This document shows, one piece after another, positions 11,871-23,908 of a stretch of 64,000 nt of DNA. A program made the position numbers and the translations under genes. The stretch is from Felis catus. Its lineage: Eukaryota. The stretch's first letter is position 1; each line of letters begins with the position of its first letter. The stretch is from the NCBI RefSeq assembly GCF_018350175.1, contig NC_058382.1, positions 52,206,001 through 52,270,000 on the forward strand, read 5' to 3'. The notes beneath the pieces were generated by a model. That model searched no databases, was not told the origin of the DNA, and was given only the letters and a program-made list of their open reading frames with translations.

Positions 11871-11939
11871 TGACGCTGGATGACACTGCCTCTGATGATT
11901 ACTGTGTTTTTATCAATGTAGGTAAAGTTGGCAAATGGA

Positions 11940-12550
11940 ATGGGTATCCGCCAACCTCTGCCATAATGGGACAGACAGTATTTTAGGCTTTGAAGTACAG
12001 TTTCTATTACAACCATCCAACTCTGCCTTTTAGCACAAAAGCAGCCCCAGGCAGCATGTAAATGAATGGGTGGGACTGTGCTCCAATAAAAAAACAAAAA
12101 CAAAACAAAACAAAACAAAAAAAAACCTTTATATATGGATCCTGAAATTTGAATTTGAATTTCATAGAATGTTGGCATGTCACTAAATGTTCTTCTTTGG
12201 ATCGATTTCCAACCATTTATTTTTCAAAAAATTTTTAATGTTATTGATTTTTGAGTGACAGAGCGCGCACGAGCGAGCAGGGGCAGTGGAGGGTCAGACA
12301 GAGAGGGAGACACAGAATCCGAAGCAGGCTCCGGGCTCTGAGCTGTCAGCACAGAGCCTGATGCGGGGCTCGAACTCACAAACCATGAGATCATGACTTG
12401 AGCCGAAGCCAGATGCTTACCCGACTCAGCCACCCAGGTGCCCCTGTTTCCATCTATTTAAAAATATTAAAGCCATTCTTAGCTCACAGGACATATAAAA
12501 ACTGGCAGTGGGTTGGATTTGGATGGTGGGCTGATGGTTGCTGATGTCTG
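11940..12550. mobile_element. MER58B-like hAT MITE interrupted by a Can-SINE
   Basis: TATTTTAGGCTTTG...CAACTCTGCC...AAAGCAGCC...CCAATAAAA...CTGAAATTTGAATTT; right arm CCATTCTTAGCTCAC...GGATTTGG. Confidence 0.85.
12219..12444 (-). mobile_element. Can-SINE (SINEC_Fc-like) nested in MER58B
   Basis: Canonical core; ends CACCCAGGTGCCCC; degenerate TSD TTTCCA..ATTTA. Confidence 0.95.
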
Positions 12551-12806
12551 CTATAGAGAAATGGTAGAAAATACATTAATAATCTGAATATAGAATTAAG
12601 GGGGTGCTCTTGAGAGTCTTGGGATGGCCATCTGATGGACTGAGGCTGAGAAGAGGCTGAGGGGCTTGTCTTGAAGCTTAGAGCAATGATCTTCCCCCCC
12701 ACCCTTGGATTTGTTTATTTTCAGTTGCTTTCTATGCACTAATGGAAATTATAGCATGAGTTGAGAGGGGGCATCCACACGGTTCCATGGCATTACTTAT
12801 GGTACA

Positions 12807-12970
12807 CATTCATTCATTCACTCATGCATTTACTCATTCAGCACATACTTATTGAACAGCTACTATGTGCCAGACGCTGTGCTGTGTGCTCTTTACACAT
12901 CAGATAACAAGACAGTTCTTGTCCACAGTGCCCTGCGCCTCTTGTAATCTTCTATTAATAGCAGGGAGAC
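12807..12970 (-). mobile_element. L2 LINE 3' end with (CATT)n tail
   Basis: CATTCATTCA...TTATTGAACAGCTACTATGTGCCAGACGCTGTGCT. Confidence 0.8.
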
Positions 12971-13599
12971 TGTCAGTATGCGCCTGAGGCTCAGTTAATG
13001 ATGTCCAGTATTATTCGAAGACCCAATACCTTTGGCTTTTTCTGTCTTCTTCTTTAAGCTTGGTTGAAGCTGATTGGACACTGAGTTTGAACACACCAGG
13101 CAGTGAGAGGAAGAGGGGGCTGCCTATGAAGGGATGGTCTGCCCTCCAAGTGGGTCGTGCCCAGCGCTTGGCTGTGAGCCTGTAGACCTTCCTTCTCATG
13201 CACAGAATGAAAGAATGAGGGAGAGTGGCTTCCCTACTTTATGTCTTTGGAATCAGGAAGACATGTTTCTCTTCCAAGTATCCTTTGATAAGTAAGGTTG
13301 CACTTTCCTGGTCACTTTGTGTGTGTGTGCGTGCATGCAGGCGTGTGCGCGCGTGTGTGTATTTTTACTTCTGCCTCACATACTTTATTGGTTATTGAGG
13401 TTGTTGGGCCCACGGCAGGATAAGCATCCGGTGTGTTCAGTCCTAAGGACCGGAGGCTTGCCCAGAGTTGTGATACTGTACGGTGTGAATACACAAGAAG
13501 CGTTGAGGCACAGGTCGTGGCTAATGGGACGGCAGGGATGGATTTGAGGCCGCATCCACTAATTTTCATAATCGTCGGTACCCCTTTAGGGAGAAGTGG

Positions 13600-13815
13600 C
13601 TAGATGCCAGGCATATCGTTGGGAACCCTCCCCTGCATGTTGCTCCTTCAGTGTCTGTCCCCTTCACCCTATGAGCTTTTGTCCTGTATACTGCAGACAA
13701 GAGAAATGAAAGGTCAGCCAGTTCTGGGGACTTGCCCAGACTTTCAACAGTTGGGAAGTGTCAGGGCTCGGACTGAGTTTTGTCTGCCTGACTCTGAAAC
13801 CCACGCCATTCCCAC
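13600..13815 (-). mobile_element. MIR SINE (degenerate)
   Basis: ATGCCAGGCA...GGGACTTGCCCA...TCTGCCTGACTCTGAAACCCAC. Confidence 0.55.
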
Positions 13816-13934
13816 CCAGGTCCTGCAGCCTCTGACATGTCAGGGAACTGGCCTTTTCTGTTTGCAGCGAGCTGGGGTACCTCTCTGTCTCCCTGGTCCT
13901 AGACGCTGCCCGCCTCGCTGCTGAAATGTGTAAA

Positions 13935-14560
13935 TGAATAGTCAGACGATAACAAGTGTTGGCGGGGGTGCAGAGAAAGTGAGGAACCCCCACCCACTGC
14001 CTATGGGGATGTAAAATGATGCAGCCACTTTGGAAGTCAGTCTGGCGTTCCTCAAATGACCCAGCAACTATACTCCTGGATCTGTAGCCAAAAAAAGAAA
14101 AGAAAACAGAGACAAAACTTGTATATGTGTGTTTGTAACTGCATTATTCCTAATAGTCCAAACGTGGAAACAGCCCCCAAATCCATCACTGAACAAATAA
14201 ACTGAGGTCTGTGCACACGATGATGAGTTTTGCACACTCGTCGAGGGGAACGGCGTAGTGATCTGCTGCAGCATCGCCAAACCTTGAAAACCTCATGCTC
14301 GTATTGTATGGTTCCATTTATGTGAAGTGTCCAGAACAGGGAAATTAGTAGAGACAGAAAGTGCATTTGTATTGCCCCAGGCTGGGAGGGGGTGGTGGGG
14401 GGATTAGGACGATAACAGCTAAAGGTGATGAGAATATTTTAAAATTGACTGTGGCAGAGGACGCGGAACTCTGTGAATGCACTAGAAACCATTGAATCAT
14501 ACACTTTCGATGGGTGAATTGTATGGTGTGTGAATTACATCGCAGTCTAGCAGTTAGAAA
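13935..14560 (+). mobile_element. L1MB-like 3' fragment (end of ORF2 plus 3' UTR)
   Basis: AACAAGTGTTGGCG...GTAAAATGATGCAGCCACTTTGGAA...GACCCAGCAA...GGGTGAATTGTATGGTGTGTGAATTACATC. Confidence 0.88.
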
Positions 14561-14719
14561 TGTGACAGTGGTGATCGGTCTTTGCTCTGAGAAAACCCAC
14601 AGAGCAACACCTGTTCCAGGGGCCCCGAAGCCCATTTCTCAGATTTTTTTTGTTTGTTTTTGGTCACGCTTGCCTGAAAGGTTGGTTTGAGTGAAGGCCT
14701 ACAGGTCTCCTTCACCAAC

Positions 14720-15820
14720 CCGGCGTGGTTTCCTGGCCCCAGGACCTTGGCCAGCCGGAGCCGAGCGTTCCTGGTAACGGCCCGTCTGCAGCTGCGCCTT
14801 TCGCGGTTCGTGTGCACGCCAGCTCTCATCGGGAGAAATGAAAAATCATGTGTCTCATTTTAAATATGTTGCCTCTGATCGCAGGTGTTGTTAAAACAGC
14901 TCCTTTTACAACTTTATAAATATTCCGGGATTTATTTTGAAGCAATGTTTCATTATTCCTATACTATGATTAAATATTGAGAATATTGCTTTTCCAATTG
15001 TTCTATTGCAGTATTTAATGAGTGCAATTAAATGGAAAAATTGCCTTTTTAACTGATGATAGTCCATTAGTGTCTCTGTCTCTTCAGAAAAGAAAAGAAG
15101 TGAATTATTAGAATGACAAATGAGGCAAAGTTACCACCGCGATGGAGAGGTGCGGTTTCCCTCAACATAATCTTCAATTAGTGATCTCTGTAAGAGGATG
15201 TTTTTCAAGAGGGTAATAGAGAAGTAATGAGATCAGAAGGAGGTCAACCCGGCCTTCTCCGTTTGGCAGCTTGATTAATTTATTTCTCCTTCTTGGAGAT
15301 TGCTGCAAGGGGCTTTTGTCACCCTGTGTTTTTCATGGGACTGTAACCCGAGTGACTGTTGATATATTAGCCTTTCAGGCAAAGACGCAAGTCCGTTTCC
15401 CTGGAATAGAAGGCTTAGAAGTTAGAAGTTTGTTTGATTTTGTGCCTTAACTCCAACACTCATCGCCAGCTTCAGATGATGAGGAGGACTAAAAAAATAA
15501 TCGTAATTAATGAAATGAAGCGCGCCGCGTTGATTGCTTCGCGCAGCTTGGCGTGCACGCTGTCATCTCGCACCCTGAGCCCCCGCCCTCTCCCTCCCCC
15601 CCATGAGGTGCTGCACTTCCGTTTATAGGTGAGGACGCCAGGGTTCCACGGATGCCCGGAGCGGGGGTACAGAATTCCACTCCCCATCTGCCTCTGAACT
15701 TGGCGGCCCGTCCAGAAGTCCGTGGCTCTAGGCAGACCTTAACGGAAGGAAGTGCTCGGGGGCACATTCGCTGAAAGCACGCTGCTCCGCCACGGTGCGG
15801 GGAACGCGAACAACGGGGTC
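14720..15820. promoter_or_regulatory. Candidate enhancer: repeat-free AT-rich core flanked by CpG-rich segments
   Basis: No recognisable repeat; TAATTA/TGATTAAT motifs; about 29 CpG in 15501-15820; ETS-like CACTTCCG and CGGAAGGAAGTG. Confidence 0.45.
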
Positions 15821-15894
15821 CTAACTCAAGACAGGAGACACAGGCCCATCGGGTGTCCTTCTCACCTAGAGGAAGCTTGGCTTAGTGAGAGAAT

Positions 15895-16085
15895 TTAAAT
15901 ATTAAATCCCAGCCTTGCTGCTACTTGCTGTGTGTCTTTGGACAAGTTACTTAACCCCTCTGAGTTCATTTGTTTTGTTGTATTTTCCTTCTAAGGTAGA
16001 AATCTCTGGCAGGATTGTTGAAAAAGAACATAATGTCCCGTGTCTGGCACAGAGCACATGTTTAATTGATGATTTATGTTTTATC
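15895..16085 (+). mobile_element. MIR SINE
   Basis: CTACTTGCTGTGTGTCTTTGGACAAGTTACTTAACCCCTCTGAG...TGTCTGGCACAGAG. Confidence 0.75.
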
Positions 16086-18529
16086 ATTAATACCAATGGA
16101 TTTTTGGATTCTTGATTGCTACTGACATAGGCTTAGCTATTTCATTTAGATGTTTAAGGGTGCAGTTTACTTAAAATGTGGATGTAACTTTCATTGCCGA
16201 AGTATATTTATTTTATTTTCAAAATGTGTTTTTCCCATAAGGACGGTTTCTGAAGCTTTTTTGAATGTAACTTTCCCACTATCAAATACATCTAAATAAC
16301 AAATGGAAACAACAAATACATCTAAAAATCCTACTTTTCCAACCAAATTTCTCTTGCTGTTTTTTCTTATGGCCTGGGGGCTCCTTATCATCAACACTAT
16401 CAATTAAGTCATCCTTGGTGTCCTGGATCCTTGGCACAGTGCCAGGGACTGCCCCCTCCTCGAAGCCTCCCCTCGGGACTCAAATCCTGACCTCTTCACA
16501 CTCAAGCCCCTCAGTGAACCCATTTTGGAGAATCTTTGAAAACCCATCCAGACCCGGAGTTCATTTAACCAGGAGCAATGGGACTAAATTACAGTCCAGG
16601 TCTGTCTTATGAAAGATGATAAATGAATATGTCACGCTGGGAAAGAAATCACTCTGTCATCATATGACAGGCTGGCTTGATTTGTTTGTGCCGGTTTCCC
16701 TAAAAGTCCGGATGGGGGTGCAAAGTGTGTAGGCTTTCAAGGCCTGCTCACTTCCCGTGTTGTTCTGCACCTCCCCAGCGATGGGTCTGGAGCAGGTTCC
16801 TCGGGCTCTCTGACCACCACCTCCCCAGGGGCCATGGAGAGGACCCAATCCACAGGGCAGGAGGCTTCCTCGAAGCTGAGACGCACTGGCTCAACCTGGA
16901 GTGCTTAGCGAGTATAAATCATGGCCTATCTCTTCCCATCACTTGGAGGCTCGCTGCGTCCTCCCCCAAGGCTTCCACTGGGGGACCTGTCCTTTCCACA
17001 TGACTCGGAGCCGCCACAGACTTGTATTTTCTTGACTGAAGGAGTCATCTCTGGTCTGTCCAGTGGGGATGCTTTATTCCGCAAGCAAATAGCTAAAGTC
17101 TCTTTCTGCTCCCCTGCCGTGCCTCCACTATTTAACCTAAAGTGGTTCTTTGCCAGGTTGGTCGGGTTTCAGCAAAGCTCTTTGCAGCGTTAAAAGAGCA
17201 AGAGGTCAGGAATCAGCCAATCTGAATGAGTCCTGATTTCCGGAGGCCTTCACTCCCTTATCTGTGATTCAAAACATCCCAAACCCTTAAAAATAAGCAG
17301 AAAAAAAAATGTTCCTCAAGTTGATGGCAGACTTAAGTGGCAGCATAGCTTGAGTGTCACCATCGGGTCCCTGTTTATAATCTTCATCTGTCCCCGTTTT
17401 ACATGTCACGTGACTAGTGATGGGTCACCCTGCAGAAATATTAGTGTATTTGATGTCTGGGTGTGGGGTCTTCTTGGTGGTCCTGGTGAGCGGTCAATGA
17501 ACTCGTTAGGCTGCTTAAAAAGGAAAATCACAGTCCTTCAACACTTCTGGGTGGAGAAGTACATGGGCAAGTCGCTTTCTTTGCCTTTGTCTACAGGTGG
17601 GTGGTGAATGAGGAGATTATGGTGAAGGTAAGAGAAATTATCCTGCAGGGGAGCCCTGAAAGGTTGAGGCCTTCCCTCAGGCGACATTTGCTGGAGGCCT
17701 GCTGTGCCCAGTGTGGAGGCCCAGAGGGGAAGCAGATGCGGAAATCCAATTAGATGAGGAAGGAGAGTGAGGTGGGGTCAGTCCTAAGAACAGGCCCGCA
17801 GTACAGACACCTGAGCACGGCCAGCCAGCCCGGGCCTTCTGTGGAAAAACCTCTCGAAGGCGCGCAAGACCCTTCTCACACTGTAGACGTCGCCACTTCC
17901 TCCTCCCGCTGTCAGGGCAGCTGACCTTCCCTGGTGCGTTTGTAATTATCGTAAGAAATAGTTGGGGCGAAATTGCAACCCCAGGGCAGTGGTGGACCCA
18001 CCGGTCCTGGTTTCCCAGGGATGGTGGGATGTGCTTCTCAGACTCCCGGAGTCCAGCCAGGTCTCCCCTGTGGGTGTTTGGAGAATGGCTCTCTGAAGGA
18101 AATAGGATGCGACAAAAAGATGAAGGTGTTTCTTAGAGGGGCCTCCGACCTCTCAGGTTCTGGAAAGAGTGCCGGTTCAGCATTTGCCAGTGCTCTTCCC
18201 GGAAGGCCAGCAGCCAGATTAGTTCTCTGGGCTTTGTGGCAAGTGTGACCTATCTTTGCTGCTCCCACGCAGGCGTGTGACTATGGCCCGTGAGGCCAAG
18301 GTGCAGGGTCCTCGGGTGAATTTGGTGGCATTTGGCTATGTCCTCAAGCGTAGCTTCTCTAGAGCAGAAGCCGTTTTCTGAACTCATGCGCAGGAAGAGG
18401 AGACGGTCGTGGAGAAGACTTGTCAACGTAGCCAGAAAGAAAAAAGGGACACGTCTTTTCTTCCTCCATAATGGCAGTCCCTGTAGATATTTATCGCTGA
18501 CACCTAAATGGCATTTGAAAACACTCCTT

Positions 18530-18718
18530 GGGCCGCCGGCGTGGTTCACTGGGTTGAGCCTCCGACTTCAGCTCAGGTCATGATCTTGCAGTCCGTGGGT
18601 TCGAGCCTCGCTTTGGGCTCTGGGCTGACAGCTTGGATTCTGTGTCTCCCTTTCTCTCTGCCCCTTCGCCACTTGTGCTCTCTCTCTCTCTCTCAAAAAT
18701 AAACATTAAAAAAAAAAA
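18530..18718 (+). mobile_element. Can-SINE with short internal deletion
   Basis: CCGACTTCAGCTCAGGTCATGATCT...GGGTTCGAGCC...(CT)n AAAAATAAACATTAAAA; lacks the CAGAGCCTGGAGCCTG segment. Confidence 0.92.
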
Positions 18719-18794
18719 TTCCTTAAGAATTGAAACTGCTGCTTAATGACACGTTTGTATTTATCATTGCTGTTTTAACTTAATAAAAAACCCA

Positions 18795-18895
18795 ATAACT
18801 ATATGAATGCCCTTAACACCCCTGAGCAATACACTTAAAATGGTAACATTTAGGTTATGCGTATTTTCCCACCAATTAGAAACAAAACAAAAGAA
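18795..18895 (+). mobile_element. L1MB-like extreme 3' end
   Basis: ATGAATGCCCTTAACACCCCTGAGCAATACACTTAAAATGGT...TTATGCGTATTTTCCACCAAT. Confidence 0.65.
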
Positions 18896-19829
18896 AAAGT
18901 CACTGATTCCACACAAGCCCCAGATAACATATTGTAGATTACTGTGTTTTGAAAGACAATTTCACTTTTGATAAAATGTTCCATTCCAGTTACCAACTGT
19001 GAAACAGACGGGAAGCTGCCTTTGTATACACTATATACAGGTCCGTTTTTCTGAACATGTCAGTAAAATGTAAAGACTCTCCTTCCTCCTTTTACTCCCC
19101 TTCAGGGAGGAATTTAATTTACTCCTTCATGTCTGCTTCTCAAACTTGCTCGTGGAAACCGAAGAAAATAAAATGAGGTTTTTGTAAGCCAGGATGATAC
19201 GCATGTTATTCTTATTTTCCATATAGGTAAAGTGATCTCTCCACTTTATTTTTAAACACTACCTCATAATATAAATAATCTAGTCTGTTCTTGTGCAGCC
19301 TGTTTATTCAGACAGGTGGAAGTTGACGCGAAAGATTGGCGTTAAATTGAGGAAACCATTCATGTAGTAAATAAGATAATTTGTTTCTGCCCCCAAAAAG
19401 ATTAAAATATAGATTTTTTTCATACTCTCTATTATTAATACCTACAGTCCCTGAATATGTTTGATTCGGATTTGTGTCCAAAATTTGGAAGGCCTTTTTA
19501 TTGTGTAAAACATATTTTTCAGTTGCAGCAATCATCATGAAAAGTGTTTTCTTATTTATGTTTGAGTTTCTTGCATTTGTTATTAAATAAAATGTTTAGC
19601 TGGAAGTCTTATCAGCTCTCAAAACTGTAGTTAAGGGTGAAGGTAATATCAACATAATTTTTTTGTTGTTTGTGGGCTTTGTGCAAACTTGTAAGAGTTC
19701 CATGCTCTCCCTACAAATAAAATATAACCAGGTAATAAAGCAGTTATATACTAATGTACAAAATATCATGACAGTGTCCTTTTTTCTAGTTTACATGTAG
19801 GTGAGATTTCTTGGAGACTGTCTTCGTCA

Positions 19830-20034
19830 TTTTTTAATTTAGAGAGAGAGAGAGAGAGAGCATGCAAAAGGGAGAGGGGGAGAGATAGAGAGAGAGAGGA
19901 GGCGGGGAGAATTCTAAGCAGGCTCCGTGCTCAGCGTGGAGTCTGACTCAGGGCTCAATCTTGTGACTGATGATCATGACCTGGGCCAAAACCAAGAGTC
20001 AGACGCTTAACCAACTGAGCCACCCTGGTGTCCT
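19830..20034 (-). mobile_element. Can-SINE
   Basis: (GA)n; GATCATGACCTGGGCCAAAACCAAGAGTCAGACGCTTAACCAACTGAGCCACCC. Confidence 0.92.
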
Positions 20035-20289
20035 GCTCATTCTTTTTGATTTAACTTCCATGTACCAAAATAGATAGGAGTTGGCTGGACACATGAAGAC
20101 ACAGCCTTGTGTAAGAAGGAAATAATGTGCTTATCCCTGCTTATTGTACCAGATTCATGAGCAGTGGGCACAAAATGACTATATGACAGGGGCCTATGGA
20201 AACAAAGTGGAATTTTGTTATTATGAAATGCTCATCTATAAATGTCCCTCGTTACGTGGACTTTGGCTTGTCCATAGTGCTGTTCTTTT

Positions 20290-20496
20290 ACAAGATGCCT
20301 ATTGTGTGCTAGCCCTGGGCATACATTGCTTTATCATGGAGTATCTTTGAGATATCTACTATAATCATTTCCTTTTTATAGACACAGGAACTAAGACTTA
20401 AGGACAGGGTACGTGATTTGCTAAGTGTGCCTCGACAGTGCAGCTAGAATCTGGAGCAGGTGTTCCGACTGCACAGCTCTGCCCTTGAGCACTATG
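20290..20496 (-). mobile_element. MIR SINE (degenerate)
   Basis: CCTTTTTATAGACACAGGAACTAAGACTTAAG...GATTTGCT. Confidence 0.5.
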
Positions 20497-21214
20497 TTGG
20501 AGTGGAGGACGATGGTTTGGGATGCTGTTCAGAACTGCAAGGGAGTTGGACTTGCAGTTGTCTGTCCAGGCTCGACTAAAAACCCTCTCCCCTGAGAAGC
20601 CATCCTTGAGTGCCCTAGGCCAACTTAGGTTTGGGTCTCCTGGGTCCCTACCCTGCTTTGTGCCTGCCTCCATCCCGGCTTGTGTTTTCCTCCACCGTGA
20701 ACTTTGCCACCTCTTTTTCCAGAGAGCCTGGGCGCTTCATTAGAGAGAGAGAGAGACTCCCAGGCTCCAGGTGGACCTACTGTTTTAGAATGTCTGATAC
20801 TGCATTTCTAAAATCCTCCCCAGGTAGTTCTTTGGAGAGTTCAAGTGGAAGAAACATCCCAGTAGGCCACATGCTCCTTAAAGCCAAGGGCAGGTGAGTA
20901 GCCTGCACTATGTGGGGGCTTAAGGAGTTAGTGAGCTAACAGCCTGAAAGATGGGTATTAGAGCAAAGCTGAGAGCTCATCAGGTTTGGCTCCAATCTGT
21001 TCATTCGGGCAAAAGCACATCTATTCATCTATCCCAAGTATTTACGTAGTTCAATTAAATGGGCTGATAAACGAATTTTTCTGGTGGCTAATGAGCTGTT
21101 GCTTTTCCTCTATGTCATTATGATCGGATGTGATGATTCCACAGTTGCCCAAATTATCCCGTGCGTTATAGTTTTAATAATGGCGATCATGGTGATTGAT
21201 GAGGCTCGCTGGCA

Positions 21215-21421
21215 TTAATTTGTTGAGGGCTCCTTTTGCTCTGTGCGTTCAAGACTTAAGGAACATTATTCTCGTGGGTTATGTGGGAAGTGTTATTATC
21301 CCCATTTTACAGACATAGTGACTGAGGCTCAGAGAATGTCAATTTGCTGATGCCCCATGGCCAGCAAAGAGTGAAGTCTGAATGTGAACCCATACCTGTG
21401 TCCATTGCTCATGCTTTTACC
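21215..21421 (-). mobile_element. MIR SINE
   Basis: TTATTATCCCCATTTTACAGACATAGTGACTGAGGCTCAGAGA. Confidence 0.8.
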
Positions 21422-22029
21422 TATATCCTCATAAACCATGTTGTTTTGTTCATAATCTTTGTGCAGAAGCACAGAAGATCACTTCAACTAAGATTTTCCA
21501 TTTGGACGTTCGGAGCAACTTGGAAAAAATACCATGTTTTATATAGGTGTTACCCTTTCAAGATTTCATTTTCATGTTTGAAAAAATAATGACTTCTTAT
21601 AAAGCATTATAATCATGCAGATTAGCGATCATAATCTCTTATCGTGCACTTACTTTGTGAAAAATAAACTTGGCAGAATTTAAGATGTATTATTTTTACC
21701 TTTTCCATTAAAGTGAAATAATAAAATCAGTGTATCATATTTACAGAATTCTTCTGATAAAAATATATAAATATACACACAAACATATATGCATCTTAAG
21801 TGACGCTAATGGAAATGTAGGAATACTCCATCTCAGTTCTCCAGAATAAATGTTTCATGAGCAGGAGGCACATATGTTTGTGTGTGTGTGTATGTGTACA
21901 TATGTTTATATGTATGTATAGATATCAGATATATATACGCTCATTCAGGTTTCAGATATTCGCTCTGTTCCGTAAATGCGACCTGAAGCTCTGGTTCAAG
22001 TTATTTGGAGTTTGGTTTTTTACATAAGA

Positions 22030-22950
22030 TGCAATTGAATTTTAAATGGCTAATCCACTTAAGAAATTAGTTACTATAGTATTGAAGGAAAAACACAGCC
22101 ATAGCAGAAAGGTATTATCTCCTCCCCCTCTCTTTCTTTTAGAAGCCTCCCGTGATCCATTGGTGGTAAATATTTCATGTACTTTGCATATCAGCCTGAG
22201 TTCCCTTTGTGAAGTCAGGTAAATGGAATGTAAATCCCCACGTACTCCAGACAGTAAAATGGCATTATTTGATGTTACATCACATAAACATGCAGATTTG
22301 ATTCCCCCTTTACTCACGCTGTAAAAACAAAGTTTTTAAAGTGGTTAGCCATACCTGGAAATGTAAATGCACTCGCCTAATGTAATGCCAAAGAAAAATT
22401 AAGACAAATGATACCACATCGCTGCTGTAAGCTGCAGCTCGTACAAAATTCACTTTAGTTATTATGCTGTGAATACGGGCTCTCACCCTCCTCTGTGAAT
22501 GCACAATTTATGTTGAATGCAACATGAATCATTTTAATAGACCGAGCAAAAAGTCCCCAAAGTCGATTTTCAAATTATGAACCTTGGAACAGAATATAAC
22601 AACAGCGAACAACAAATAGTTCAGACTTTACTCTGAGCTATGGGCGAACCATTAAAAATACAGCAAGCGCTTTTGGTGAGGGTGTCACACAATTCATAGC
22701 CTAATGGCAAAAAAAAAAAAAAAATCAGAAATGGGGGATTTTTTTAAGGCTGTTTTTCTCGCCATCATTCCGTTCAATTATTTTCACATTTGTGTAATCA
22801 AGATATTCCCAAACAGAGCATAGAGTTGTATATTGTTTAGAACTAATTATATGTATTATAAATCCAAGAATTAATTTAAATGACCCAGTTTCCACAGAGA
22901 AAAAGCCACATTGTTTTTAAATAGCTAACTAAACAAAATGCTCACCCATA
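22030..22950. promoter_or_regulatory. Candidate conserved non-coding element
   Basis: About 900 bp of AT-rich, complex sequence with no recognisable repeat; repeated TGTAAAT/GGTAAAT (forkhead-like) and TAAT motifs. Confidence 0.4.
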
Positions 22951-23154
22951 TGGGAGAAGTTTCCAAAGAACTAAAACCACCCACCAAGGAAAGTGGAAAA
23001 TCCCCCCCCCCCCAAAAACAAATCAAGTCATAATCATATCAAACAAGATGAGGAAAATTCCATTGAGGAGTAGCCAAACTTTCTTTATTTTTTTTTAAGA
23101 AAAGGAAGCACAAGTTGAGATGGGCATGTATTATGAGATACCTAAAGACAGAAA

Positions 23155-23375
23155 TCAGAAGTTCTTCATGAAGTCATTGGAGGAATGACATCAGCATCAC
23201 CCTGGAGCTTGTTAGAAATAGAAATGTTCAGGCCTCATCTCAGACCCACCGAATCAGAAGCTGGAGGGTTTGATGGAGGGTAGGGAGAGGGGTGAAATGG
23301 GGGTAGAGCCATGTGATCTGAGTTGTAACAAGCCCTCTAGGGGATTCTGTTACATGCTTACAGTTGAGAACCTAC
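23155..23375 (+). mobile_element. MER5A-like hAT MITE
   Basis: CATCAGCATCACCCTGGAGCTTGTTAGAAAT...GAATCAGAA...TAACAAGCCCTC...GTTGAGAACC. Confidence 0.8.
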
Positions 23376-23385
23376 ATTTCACCTT

Positions 23386-23492
23386 CTGTAGGACTGAGAT
23401 GAGGCCCAAGAATTAGCATTTCTAAAAGGAATTCACATGATAGTGATGCTATTTGTCCTGGCCAATGAAATGCATAGTTTGAGGTTGCCAGG
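23386..23492 (-). mobile_element. Second, inverted MER5A-like half
   Basis: GTAGGACTGAGATGAGGCCCAAGAATTAGCATTTCTAA...GTGATGCT, the reverse complement of the MER5A 5' half. Confidence 0.65.
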
Positions 23493-23619
23493 CAGATAAT
23501 ACAGTGATCAAAGGGAACTTAGGGTAGGCAATAGGGAGTGGTGAGGACCTGTGTTAAACTAGGAGACACAATCTGACCTATTTGAGAGAGAAGGGCTACT
23601 CAGCTCCAGGCGCATGTTC

Positions 23620-23783
23620 ATATGGGGATGGGATTTCTGATTTTTTGTTTTTGCTAGAGGCTAAAAAAGTCTGTCTCTTTTCAATCTTTTATGACTTTAA
23701 GTTATTAACAATTAATTCTTTTTTTAAAATACCTGCAGTTCAAATAAAACATGTTTGTGGTAGGCAGCCAGTTCATAATACCT
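23620..23783. mobile_element. Possible MER102-like hAT fragment
   Basis: GATTTCTGATTTTT...CAATTAATTC...CAAATAAAACATGTTTGTGG...GCCAGTT. Confidence 0.4.
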
Positions 23784-23799
23784 TAAGACTTTATCTTTT

Positions 23800-23838
23800 T
23801 TGTTTTTGGGAGAGAGAGAGAAAGAGCATGAGTGGGAG

Positions 23839-23908
<70 letters not shown>

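Noticed and set aside
16283..16326. Direct repeat CAAATACATCTAAA x2, and (CTCTGCTGT)x3 near 60985-61011
   Set aside because: Small local duplications with no further structure
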